Part shown: positions 27,488 through 39,289 of the stretch, piece after piece
Layout of the letters: each line of letters begins with the position of its first letter
Position numbering within the stretch: the first letter of the stretch is position 1
NCBI RefSeq assembly: GCF_009914755.1
Contig: NC_060937.1
Direction: 5' to 3' (one strand)
Length of the DNA: 64,000 nt
Source: the human T2T-CHM13v2.0 reference genome, Homo sapiens
Program-made: the position numbers and the translations under genes
The notes under the pieces: model-generated
Databases searched by the model: none
Told to the model about the DNA's origin: nothing
Seen by the model: only the letters and a program-made list of their open reading frames with translations

Positions 27488-29649
27488 TGGTAGTACTCCT
27501 TCTACCCATCTCAAGTATAGCTGACCAAAACTCAATCATCAGCTCATTCATCCTCCCTCTAAAGCTGGACACATAGAAACTCCAGTTCTACACCCCGCAA
27601 TACTCTTCTTAATCATCAAGACTCAGCAAAGATAGATCCTACTACTGTCCTGTATCCCTGAAATACTAACTAGAGAGAGGCAAGTTATATGCTTTTCCTT
27701 GGGATTTCTAAAGGTTTTCTTCCTGATACTCCAATCATGAATCCACTTTTAAATCAGCTACTCACACTAGCTGATATCAGGTTGGTTTTCTGTTTCTGTA
27801 ATACCTATAAATGTATGTCCATATAAGTGTGTCTGTCTTCAGTCATAATCCTTGACAGAAAGAACCTAGACTGTTTAATTTTTGATTCAGCATCACACAG
27901 AAAATCATCCAGAATTAACTACTTAATGAATGTTTGATTTCTACAGTGAAGATGATGCTGATGACAATGTTGATGATGGTGACGGTAATGGCGATAATAA
28001 TGGTTGGATAATGGCCTGCAGGGCTCTTTCCTATAAAAGCATCCAGAGTGCTTTACTGAAAATGTTCATGAAGATTGACCAACAAGCTGCAGTAGAGAAC
28101 TTAGTAGACATGAGTGGCAGAGTCTCTAGGTACTGGTTTTCTCTGGTAGTGTATAGACGTGTTTACTGCCTCCTCACTCCCACTGCACTGAATGACATGG
28201 CAGAAGAGGCTCAGAAGCTGCAGGAGGCAACTGCTTCAGGAAGAAGCACCTGTTAGCAAACCAAAGCATCGCCTGCTTCCCACACAGGGAACCAACCATC
28301 GCTGAGTCATAATTCACCAAGCTCAGAGCCAAACTGACAGGCTGGAGAAAGAAGTCAACAAAACCTTCACAGCAGGTGCAAGGGACTACTGGTTTCCCTT
28401 ATGATGTCCTGAGCATGACTCCAAGTTGGAGAAGCCAGTGCAGGGAGCCCACTCACCACATGAGCCGGCCACGTGTCTTGGCTTCCCTGCCTTTGGTGTG
28501 TACTCTGTGTCCCATTGTCAAGCCCACTGAGCAGGGTCAGGGTGATAGTTTGGGGCTTCAGTCACTGAATAGTAACATCCATAGCCGATGGTCTGAGAAT
28601 GAAACATGATGGAAATAATAAAGATAAAAACTACGGAGACACTTGCACACCAGCATGGGACTTCCCCAGAATGCACTCAGTCCTATAAATGTATCTTTTC
28701 AAATGCTCAGAAATTCTTCTCTCAGAAGGTTGTATACATAAATCAAAAATTACCTTTAGTTTCTAAAGCAATTAGACTTAAGTGATTGTGAATAAAGAAT
28801 ACAAATAGCTTATGTTATGCGTTTAGTCAATATCTTGCACATCCCAGACCAATAGCTGTTGCCCTGATTCCAGCTTGCATTTAGGACATTCATTTTTTAT
28901 TGCAATCATGTTTTGCTGAGTGCTTTCAGGGAGAATAAATAAGGCTTTAAAGGAATAGCACAGGAAATTTATAAATTGAAAGTCTTTTTACTTTAAGCTA
29001 ACTTTACATGGTGTGCAATTGTATGTCAGTGGCTTCCAATCTTTGAAGAAACTGTACATTTTTAGAATGAAAATTTACCTTAATATGAACACTTTCTGGC
29101 TTGCTTTAGAAAGGGGACACAGAAATCAATCCATAGACTCATATTTCAACCATCTCTTCTTTTTATTTTATTCCAAGCTCATAGCGATGAGAACTGGAAA
29201 AGAATAAAAATGTGCTTTTGCACTCATATATTCTTATTCTGTTTTAATTGCAGGTGAAGGATGACACTTTATAGTGAAGACATTTTACTACAACTCAGAA
29301 AGGAAACGGTTATGAGCTGTAAGGAATGGGGACATCAAAAGATGTATGACACTTAAATTCAGAAATACCCATCATTTTCCTGTACATGGTATTACAAAAG
29401 ATAAATAACACTCACATCATTCACTGCATCTGCTTACATAAATGGTATTGGCTTGCTATAAATATTCACTGCTATCTTTTACAATAAAGTACGCATTAGT
29501 AACGATGCTTCTATTCCTGCATTTGAGGTCAAGTGAAAAGGTTAGTGTGCCAACTTCTAAGATAATGAACTCTGACCATTCCTTTTCTCTGACATCCACA
29601 TTCAAACAATTACCAGTCCTGCCCCATGGTCTTAGAGCTAAAGGAAGAG

Positions 29650-29865
29650 GAGTGGGGAAGAACTATGGGGTCTGGAGCCAGCCTAAGTCCAAATTCCAAC
29701 TCCACCACTTATCAGCTCTATAAATTTGACAAGTTGCTTAATCGCACAGTCTGTGCCTCACTCTGCTCCTCTGTAAAGTGGGCACAGTAATATGTTCTGT
29801 TGGAAGGACACACTGAGTTATATGGAAAGCACTTAGAAAGGCACGTAATAAATGCTACATAAGCC
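29650..29865 (+). mobile_element. MIR
   Basis: ctggagccag...ctccaccacttatcagct...tctgtgcctcactctgctcctctgtaaagtggg...aaagcacttagaa. Confidence 0.8.
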
Positions 29866-30792
29866 TTAGCTCTTTGACAACAATGGCCTTTTTTTTTTAA
29901 TATTGGCACTTCCTCAGTACCTCCACTTCCACTCCTCTCCAGACCCTACTGCCTCCCTCAAGTCGACTGCAACAAATAGGGTTCCAGCTGGGCTCCCTGC
30001 TTATGACATAGCTCACTCACCTCACCCACCTCCATTTCAAATCAAATGTCCTCTCCTTCATGCTACCCACTAGACATTTCTATCACAGCACCTACTACAC
30101 CTTGGTCTTTATCTATGTTTATGTGTAGTGCAGCTGAAAAACACCTATTTTAATTGCATTCAGGAGACCACTTAGGAAACTGTCATTGGTTAGGCAATAC
30201 CTTGATAGGTAAATTTTGGCAGGAAAGTTCCAAAGACTGACTGAAAAGAGAAGCTAAGAGAAAGCTAACTCCTTGGTATGAGATGTACACGTGAATTTAG
30301 AGGGTGGGTTAAGCAGTGAAAAGTAAGTTGGCTGAATGGGGAAAAGTAGTCAAGCAACATAAAAAAAACTTCAGCTCACAGATGGGCAATGCAGTGGGAA
30401 ATTCCTAGTGGCAGTGGATGAAGGAAGGACACCGAAAACAAGAATAAGTCATATTTAAGTTCAAACTGTCTGCATTTCTAATATGTGAAAAGGACCCAAA
30501 ACTGAAGTAATGCCTGATACACACACAAAGGGCTTGTGGTAAGTCGTTTGGGAAGAAATCAAGGAAAGAGGGCTGAATTCTATGTAGAAGTCTAGATGAA
30601 TGACAGGGAAGAGAGAGGCTGTGTGAAATGAGACAGAACTGAATGTGGGAGTTCAGGGGGCTTATAATTTGGAGCCAGAATGAAGACATCAGCGCTCTAG
30701 AACTTGCAGAAATCTTGGTGATGTAGTTGGGTTTCCCAATATGTCTGTAATAAAAGGCTCAAGGTAGTCTTACTTAAATCCCAAAGCTCAGG

Positions 30793-31230
30793 TGTGTTAG
30801 TTCAGGCTCTTCAAGAAGCAGACAGGATTCGATGTGCAGAAGTTTTACTGGGAGAAACACCTTGAAGGGTTATGGGATCAAGGATTAAGCTGGAGAAGGT
30901 GAAAACAGACTGGAAATTGAGACAGGACTGACTCCTTTGAAAGGAGAGTGGGAAGAAAGAAAAATTGAGTAGACTCTCAGACCCCAGAGCAGTTCTAAGA
31001 AAGATCCAGCCAGGCCAATGAAAAGCCACTGAGCCAAAGTCACTGTTGGAGGAGTCCTGCATCTCACAGGAATGGGCCAGCAACATGATCAGTTATTGGC
31101 TGATAATAGCCCACTGAAAATGTGCACTCGGCACAAACATGATGGCAAGCCCAGAAAGCCAGCTGGCACCATCAGTCAGTCATGCTGCCACGGCAGGACA
31201 TTGGAGCTGCAGATTCACCACCACCCAGCG
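30793..31230 (-). mobile_element. LTR16A-like ERVL LTR
   Basis: gcagttctaagaaag...ccaggcca...gagccaaagtcactgttggaggagtcctgcatctcacaggaatgggcc matches the recalled LTR16A consensus. Confidence 0.65.
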
Positions 31231-31444
31231 TCACCTCAGCTGATAGGAATCATGTCAAATGCATCATTCAGTACTTAACTGCTCAATAAATATTTGTTGA
31301 ATTAACAAATTGATCCACCCTACACACCAAATAATTATCCTAAGCAACTATTGAAACCTGATGTTGTGCACCGGAGAATTCATTTTATTATTTTTACTAT
31401 GTGTAGTCTTTTAAAATTTCCATAATAAAAAGGTTTATTTAAAA

Positions 31445-32445
31445 TCATGTGTAGAAACACTATGGTGGTTCCACAAAAAATTAAATTTAGAATTACAATA
31501 GGATCCAGCACCCAAAAGAAGTGAAAGCATGGACTCAACACATAAACATACACCCATGCCCATAGAAGGACTATTCACAATAGCCAAAAGGTGGGAAAAA
31601 ACCCAAATGTCCATCAACAGATGAATGGATGCACAAAATGTGGTATATACATGCAAAAGAATATCATTCTGCTTTAAAAGAAGGAAATTGTAACACATGC
31701 TACAGCATTGTGCTAAGAGAATTAAACCAGTCACAAAAGGACAAATGCTGTATAAGTCTGCTTATATGAGTGTGTTAGTCCATTTACATTGCTATAAAGG
31801 AATACCTGAGATTGGGTAATTTATACAAAAAAAAGAAGTTTATTTGGCTCATGATTCTACAGGCTGTACAGGAAGCATAGCCCCTATATCCATTCTGGTG
31901 AGGGCCTCAGAAAGCTTCCAATCACAGCAGAAGGCAGAGGAGAGCCAGCATGTCACACAGTGAGAGAGAAAGCAAGAACCTGGGGAGAGGTGCCAGGTCT
32001 CTTTCAAACAACCAGATCTCATATGAGCTAATAAAGCGAGAACTCACTCATTATCGCAAGAACAGCACAAAGCCATTCATGAAGGATGGGCCCCTATGAC
32101 CCAAATGCCTCCCCCTAGGCCCACCTCCAACAGCACATTTCAGTAAGAAATTTGGAGGGTACAAACGTCCAAACAATATCACTGAGGTTCCTAGAGTAGT
32201 AAAATCCATTGAAACAGAAACCAGAGTGGTGGTTGCCAGGGGATGGAAGGAGAGGGGAATAGGGAGTCAAGGTTTAATGGATAAAGAGTTTCAGTTTGCG
32301 AAGGAAAGAAAGGTTGGGAAGAAGAAAAAGTTCTGGTGATAGTTATACAACAATGTGAATATATTTAATGCCACTGAAGTGTACACCTAAAAAGGGTTAA
32401 AATACTAAATTTATCTTATGTATATTTTATTGCAATAAAAAATAT
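31445..32445 (+). mobile_element. L1MB 3' portion, interrupted by an MST LTR
   Basis: acccaaatgtccatcaacagatgaatggat, gtggttgccagggg, caatgtgaatatatttaatgccactgaa. Confidence 0.88.
31771..32181 (-). mobile_element. MST (MSTB-like) solo LTR
   Basis: tgtgttagtccatttacattgctataaaggaatacctgag...ccaaacaatatca; TSD atgag/ctgag. Confidence 0.9.
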
Positions 32446-32900
32446 TATTTAAAGAATATATTTGATAGAGGGGGAAAAAAATAGGAATGCTCCATTCTTA
32501 CGCCTTAAGGCCTAAGCGTTGTTTCGCTGCTTCTAGATCCCTGATGAAGTCAGCACCGCTACTGACTTCTCCCAGCCCAGCAGTTTGGCTGGTGGGTTGG
32601 TTCCAGGGCTTTCTCTGATTGTGCTCCTCCTGGAGTCTGCTTAGAGCAAGTTCTCAGACTCCACCCAGAAGCTTTGTCCTAGAGAAGCCATTTCTGCCAG
32701 CAATTCCCACAAAAGGCCACAAAGTCCAGGTCCCTGTAGCTTCCTAGACCTTGGAAACTGGCCCTGATCTTTTGCTCCTTTGACTAAGATTTCTGTTTCA
32801 AAATAAAAGTAAACTTATTTTGGTAAATGCATCCAGATGGCTTTCTCCCCTTTAGAGTCTTCTGGCAGAACAAAAAAGTGAGAAAGAAAGCCTGCGAAGC

Positions 32901-33189
32901 TGTATTAGTCTGTTCTCACACTGCTAATAAAGACATACCCGGGTAATTTACAAAGGAAAGAGGTTTAATTGCCTCACAGTTCCATAGGACTGGGGAGGCC
33001 TCAGGAAACTTACAATTGTGGTGGAAGGTGAAGCAAACACATCCTTCTTTACATGGCAGCAGCAAGGAGAAGTGTGGAGCAAAACTGCTCCCATGATTAA
33101 ATTACCTCCCACTGGTCCCTCCCACAACACATGGGATTTGTGGGAACTACAAGAAGAGATGTGGGTGGGGACACAGCCAAACCATATCA
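32901..33189 (-). mobile_element. THE1 solo LTR, internally deleted (~290 bp)
   Basis: tgtattagtctgttctcacactgct...gccaaaccatatca; perfect TSD gaagc. Confidence 0.92.
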
Positions 33190-33233
33190 GAAGCCAATTG
33201 AATCTTTGGCAAAATGTTGCTGTGGTGGACTGG

Positions 33234-33597
33234 TGCATTAGTCCATTTTCATGCTGCTGATAAAGACATACCCAAGACTGGGCAATTTACAAAAGAAAGA
33301 GGTTTAATTGGACTCACAGTTCCATGTGGTGCAGGAGGCCTCACAATCATGGCAGAAGGCAAGGTGGAGCAAGTCACGTCTTAAGTGGATGGTGGCAGGC
33401 AAAGAGAGCTTGTGCAGGGTAACTCCCCTTTATAATACCATCAGATCTCATGAGATTTATTTGTATCACAATAACAGCATAAGAAAGACCAGCCCCCATA
33501 ATTCAATTATCTCCCACCAGGCCCCTCCCACAACATGTGGGAATTATGGGAGCTCCAAGATGAGATTTGGGTGGGGACACAATTCCAAACCATATCA
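33234..33597 (-). mobile_element. THE1 solo LTR
   Basis: tgcattagtccattttcatgctgctgataaagacataccc...aaaccatatca; TSD actgg/gctgg. Confidence 0.92.
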
Positions 33598-34084
33598 GCT
33601 GGCACCCAGCTAGGGTAAGCAATGTGTGTTATCCACAAAAAGGACAGAGGAGGAGTGGGCAGGCGTCAAGCCTTACCTGTCTGTGATTCCCACTTCCCTC
33701 TCTGCTCCTGCTCTTGCTTCCCATCCTTGATCACGGGACCTTTCTCGCTTTCCACTCTGCTTCAGGCACTAAACCACAGAGGATACCCTATTGCTCTCTG
33801 CATTTCCATCTTCCTTTCTGCCTATCTGTCCACTCGCTTCATTTCCTTTATTATGCTAGAGATTCCAAATCACCAGGAACCCTGAGTTTAAATTTCAGGC
33901 TCCACATACTGTGTTCAAGGTAGTTTACTAGGGGAGCCAGGGAAAAACAAGTCAGCAGTTAATTCTTCAAGCAAACACGCTGGCAGAAACAGATATGACC
34001 CTTCAGCTTCTCTCACTAATCTGGAAGCACTGGTTTTTATCTGAATAGTGTTGATGATGTGTTGGGTACCTTCTGAGACCTATA

Positions 34085-34240
34085 AATCCTTATGACTACT
34101 CCATCAAGTGAATGTCATTATTCTCATTTTGCAGATAGGAAGCCTGTGTAACTCAACTGAGGGCACACAGAATAAGGGACAGACCCAGGATTTGAACCCA
34201 GGCAGACTAGCTTCAGAGACAGTGCTCTTAACCACTAGCT
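34085..34240 (-). mobile_element. MIR
   Basis: cattttgcagatagga...caggatttgaacccaggcagact...gctcttaaccacta. Confidence 0.8.
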
Positions 34241-34393
34241 AGTTACTGAGACATGTCCATTTTATAATGCAAACTTAATCATGATCTACAGAAAGGGTAT
34301 ATTCTAAAATTCTTAAAGCAAATTTTCACAAAACATTTTATTTTAATACGGAGAATGGTTCAATGGAAGAAAGCTTATTAATACTTCTGTCTG

Positions 34394-34523
34394 ATGGAAT
34401 CAACCCAAATGCCCATCAATGATAGACTGGATAAAGAAAATATGGTACATATACACCATGGAATACTACGCAGCCATAAAAAGGAACAAGATCATGTCCT
34501 TTGCAGGGACATGGATGAAGCTA
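34394..34523 (+). mobile_element. Internal L1PA (L1PA7/8-like) ORF2 C-terminal fragment
   Basis: atggaatcaacccaaatgcccatcaatgatagactggataaagaaaa...gcagggacatggatgaagct; no 3'UTR or poly(A). Confidence 0.88.
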
Positions 34524-35100
34524 GGGCCCTTTAAGTGTTTTTCCTTTGTCATCTGGTACGATGTTAAACTCTGTCAGTAGAGGGCTCTGGAGAAGCATCA
34601 CAGAAGGAAAGTATTTAGTTTCCTGGTTCTGCTGCATGGCCTCCAGGCTCCTTTAGACTTCATAGCTTCTCCAGGGTCCTCCTACAACACAGCACAACAC
34701 ATGTGGCTTCCCAGAGCCCAGCACCTGCAGTGGAGCAGCTTCTCCAGGGCTCAGCTCCCACAAGGTACAGTGGCCAACATCACCCAGCAGCCAGCAGTAC
34801 CCCCAACAACCCCCTTGGGCAGATTTGTAGCAGAGTTCCTCTGGTGAGATACCTCCTTGTGAACAGCTGTCTCCAACACCCTGGACAGGAACTATCAAGT
34901 TCCTGAGGGCTAATTTCTAGATAATTTTGTCAGCACAGTATCACAGGGACTTGTCTGCCATCCAGTCAGCCACAGTTATATCCTCTCCAACAAGGTCTGG
35001 ATCTCAGCCCTTTGATACACTTAGCGTATGTGCATTTTCTATTTCCTTCCGACCTGGACGTCTACTCAAATATGCTTTACCTCTTGGCTCTATTATTTTC
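34524..35100. mobile_element. ERVL-type LTR (LTR41/LTR33-like)
   Basis: ccctttaagtgtttttcctttgtcatctggtacgatgttaaactctgtcagtagagggctctgga resembles the recalled LTR41 family; boundaries approximate. Confidence 0.45.
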
Positions 35101-35744
35101 AAAATTTAGGTTTCACTATTTTATTGTGTGTATACTTTCTTTAGTCTACTTTAAATTATTTGTGTAATGTAAAGTCTAGTCATGGAAATATGTATGCAGA
35201 TGAGGGTCATACCTATTTAACTTGCTATACTCCATTCCCAGAAAAGAACCAGGCTCAATGCAGTAAACCAATTCTTTCTGATGACAATAATGAGGCTGAT
35301 GATCCAAAGTCATTCCATCCTAGGTTAGACTTTCCTATAACTGAAATTAGACCCTTAGAAGTTTAAATATTAGTACAAGGAATGACAAAGCCATTAGAGA
35401 CACCCAAATCAAATTCTGTTTTCCTAAACAATGCCTGAAATTCATGTGGCCTGAGCCAGGCTAGGAACTGATTCAGGAGATACTAACTCCAGAGAGATGG
35501 AGGGAGGTAGATGTGGAAAACTGGAATGAGACACAACAGAAATTTCAAACTGGAGTCACAGAGCAGAGGGTGACAATTTGAGATTAACACAGAAGAGGTT
35601 GGTGAGCATTGCAATGATTAAGAAATAAGGTCTCAGATGAAATTCCCAGGGTAGCTCCACATTGAAAACTTCCCAGGTCAACCATCAATTCCATTACCAC
35701 CACCCAGGGCATGGATTGCTGCAGTGTGGGGAATGTGCTGAGAG

Positions 35745-35935
35745 GAGCTCAGGAAACTCAGGCTTTGATTTAAAACCTCAGGATCTGCTGTGTACTCATT
35801 ATGTGCCCTGAGCAGTTGCTTAACCTCCTAACAATGCCTACCTCCCTGGGCTGTCATGATGATAAAAGGAAGCACTGAATATGCAAAGCCCTTCTCATGG
35901 TGCCTGGCACCTAGGAAGTCTTAGCAAATGTAATT
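35745..35935 (+). mobile_element. MIR
   Basis: agttgcttaacctcc...aatgcctacctccctgggctgtcatgatgataaaa...gtgcctggcacctaggaag. Confidence 0.7.
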
Positions 35936-35947
35936 ACCTTCTTTCCT

Positions 35948-36991
35948 TATATTGGTTTCCTAGCTGCACTAGGCTAGGTGGCACTGCTGCAACAAAGTGC
36001 CACTATCTGGGTGACTTAGAACAAGAGGAATCTATTGTCTCACAGTTCTGGAGGCCAGAAGTTCAAAATCAAGGGGTCAGCTTGGCCGGGCTTGCTCTAA
36101 AACCTATAGAGCAGCAGTCCCCAACCTTTTTGGCACCAGGGACCAATTCCAAGGAAGATAATTTTTCTATGGGCCAGAAAAGGGTGGATGGTTTTGGGAT
36201 GATTCAAGCACATTATATTTATTGTGCACTTTATTTCTATTATTACTACATTGTAATATGTAATAAAATAATTATACAACTCACCATAATGTAGGATCAG
36301 TGGGAGCCTTGAGCTTATTTCCCTGCAACTAGATGGTTCCATCTCGGGGTGATGAGAGACAGTGACAGATCATCAGGCATTAGATTCTCATAGGCAGGAC
36401 TCAACCTAGATCCCTCGCATGCGCAGTTCACAATAGGGTTCTCGCTCCTATGAGAATCTAATGCCAGGGCAGATCTGACAGGAGGCAGAGCTCAGGCGGC
36501 AATGTGAGTGATGGGAGGTGGCTGTACTTAACAGATGAAGCTTCACTCACTCGCTCACCTGCCACTCACCTCGCACTGTGCAGCCCAGTTCCTAATAGGC
36601 CACGGCCAGTACTAGCCAGTGGCCCGGGAGTTGGGGACCCCTGCTATAGAGAAAGAATCTTTCCTTACTTCTCTCAGCTTTTGCAGCTCGGAAATTCCTT
36701 GACCCGGGGCCGCATCGCTCTAATCTCTACCCCCACCTTCACGTGGCATCCTCCTGTGTCTCTTCACATCACCTTCCCTCTGTGCTCATCTGTCTCTGTG
36801 TCCATAGTTCCTCTTTCTATAAGAACAGCAGTCAGATTGGTTTAGCCACCCTCTTAATCTCATTTTAACCTGGTTCACTCTCTGAAGACTCTATTTCAAA
36901 ATAAGGTCATATTCTGAGGTACTAGGAGGTTAAGACCTCAATATATCTTTTTTGGGGGCGTGGCAGGGGGAACACAATTCAATTCATAATA
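35948..36991 (-). mobile_element. MLT1C/D-like LTR split by MER1A
   Basis: ctcacagttctggaggccagaagttcaaaatcaagg...ctatttcaaaataaggtcatattctgaggtact...acacaattcaa. Confidence 0.85.
36112..36643 (+). mobile_element. MER1A (hAT-Charlie non-autonomous DNA transposon)
   Basis: TIRs cagcagtccccaacc / gttggggacccctg; perfect 8-bp TSD ctatagag at 36104-36111 and 36644-36651; 532 bp long. Confidence 0.95.
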
Positions 36992-38149
36992 TGTTTCCTT
37001 AGTTTTCTGCCCAGAGTAGCAACCTAGCCACTTTCCTCCATAGTGAACTATCAGTTAGCTATTTAAAGGACACTGTCTGCCTTGTTAGTTTCAACAATAT
37101 GGCTTAAAATATGCCTATATAGGTCACGCAACTTAGAGACCTTCCAAGTCTCCTCTGCCTCCCCCTATTCTGGGACTGGCCATTGGTGACTGCCTCTGCC
37201 CCCAGCCCCCACCGACCCCAGCCAATCACTGCCAGTCCTGCACTTACCAGATGCCCTTCTCTTCCCCTCCCTTCTTCATCTGATTTCTGAGCCTAAAGAC
37301 TCACAACCACATAGCAGCTGCATTAAAATCTCTAGACTCTGCCAAACATGAACAATCTATAAAAAATGGCAGAGACAGTGAGAAAAACATTCCAGTTCAT
37401 CTGAACAAAGTCCCCACCCCCCACATTCCCATGCTGAAGCCCAAGTGCTTATTTGAAATGTAGGAACTTTTGGGAAAGGGAATACATTTTGCCACTAACA
37501 CTTTCATATGAACTGCAGGGGTCAGGGTAACATGAGGGCACTGGGCTCCTCTGTGGAACAAGAAGAGCACAGGCAAGGAGCATAGACAGGGGACACGCGT
37601 GTGCAGAAACACAACCATGAAAAACTAGGAAACTGAAAGGAGTGCGTACGTTTTCTCATAGGCCAAAAGTCATGGCAAAAATAGATTCATGAGCATTTTC
37701 CTCCTCTCTCTCTCTCTCTCTCTCCCGTCCCTACTGTAAGCATCTTTGTTTCTCTTAAGAAGAAAAAAGGAAGAGATGGATGGCATGTGAGAGGCAGGCC
37801 CACGGTAGACAGTTACCTGAATGGTCTGCTTTAAGCGGGGATAAAAGATTCCCTAGTCCAAAGTCACCTCCCCATCATGCCCTCAGGGCCTAAAATTAGG
37901 ATCATTAGGATCATTCTTAAGTTCAAGACATCTGTCTTCCCAAGACAATTGATGAAAACAAAGCTCTTCGGGGGAGAAGCACACTGCCAGTGCCCACTAA
38001 TATATGCACAGGCACTGGGATAGTATATTCACTGGTGGTCACCTTAGACAAATGCCCCCAGGGGAATAAATCCAGCTATAGTCATATGTTTGCTGTGTTC
38101 TCTGCTGTATCCTCAGAGCTGTGCAAATCCCTGGGCATAAAATGTGATA

Positions 38150-38290
38150 TGAATCTGCTTCTGTAAAATGGGAACAAATAAGTACCTAAAGCATTATGTT
38201 GCTTTGAAGACTAAAGGAGTTAACACATCTATAATGCTTAGAACAGTTCCTAGCCTATAGTAAGCTCCCAGTCAGCATTGGCTGCTATTG
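38150..38290 (+). mobile_element. MIR
   Basis: tctgtaaaatggga...aatgcttagaacagttcctagcctatagtaagctc. Confidence 0.75.
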
Positions 38291-39289
38291 TTATTGCTGC
38301 TGCTATTGTTGTTGTTGACTGAGAAAACTCACAAGTAATGAGAGACAAGAAAGGTCTGGAGAACTGCAACTGACAGCTGGGTGGGGTGATACCAAAGGGA
38401 AGGGGCCTGGCAGTGGCCCCAAAAGGAACTGAGAGCAAAACTAACCTTGCCCACTACACGAGCGCTCCAGGCACATAGCGCTTACCAAGTCCCAAGTAGG
38501 CCCCTGGCACTGAATTGTGGCCCTCGTTTCTCTCCCTGGTGGAGCTGGAAGCATTCCTTTAACTGCTTTGCTGTGGCCGATGAGGCATGGTAAAGGCAGG
38601 AGAGTACAGTGGGACAAAGCTTCCATAAACTAGAAAGCCACTGCGTCCCGGAATCTCTGAAACTGAACCAGATACATAGGGAGCACAGGGCACTGTAAAT
38701 TAGGTGTCCTGGATTCCTGACCTGGACCCACGGGACACCCTATAGCCTAAAGGAAAGGCAAAGTGCTAGCACACAGTTTCCCAAAGTATGATACAGGTAG
38801 TTCATGAAAAAGGTATTCAAATAGGTTTCTGGGTTAAACAGAATTAAGTAGATTTCTTTAGGATAATTTTCTCAGAATTTCTAACATACATAAATGCATT
38901 GTGAATCTCCAGGGCATAGATACTGTGCACCTATCCCAAATGATCAGAGAAGACTGAGTTTAACTGAGTATCTGGTGACCAGGGTCTTCTGCAAACCCTG
39001 GGGTTGTAGACGAATGCTAGATGGTGTCTCCTCAAGCAAGCCATTTAGGCTTTCTGAGCCCTTGGTTTCCTCATCTGAAAAATGAAAGAAGTCAGTCAGT
39101 GGTTATTAGCTGATTTTGTCAAATGCACTGTGTGAAGCTGGTGAAGGCAAAGGTGCTCTGCCTCTAGGCGCATATTAAGCATCTGCCTGACCATTTTTTC
39201 ATACAACTTCAGGGAGTCACAAGTCCCTCAACTATAAGATGTTCTAAGATCCATTCCATCTCTAAAATGGTGAAGGTACCTGAATCAGA

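Noticed and set aside
32901-33597. THE1 LTR pair as a deleted provirus
   Set aside because: Each LTR has its own distinct TSD and the 44-bp spacer is not THE1 internal sequence
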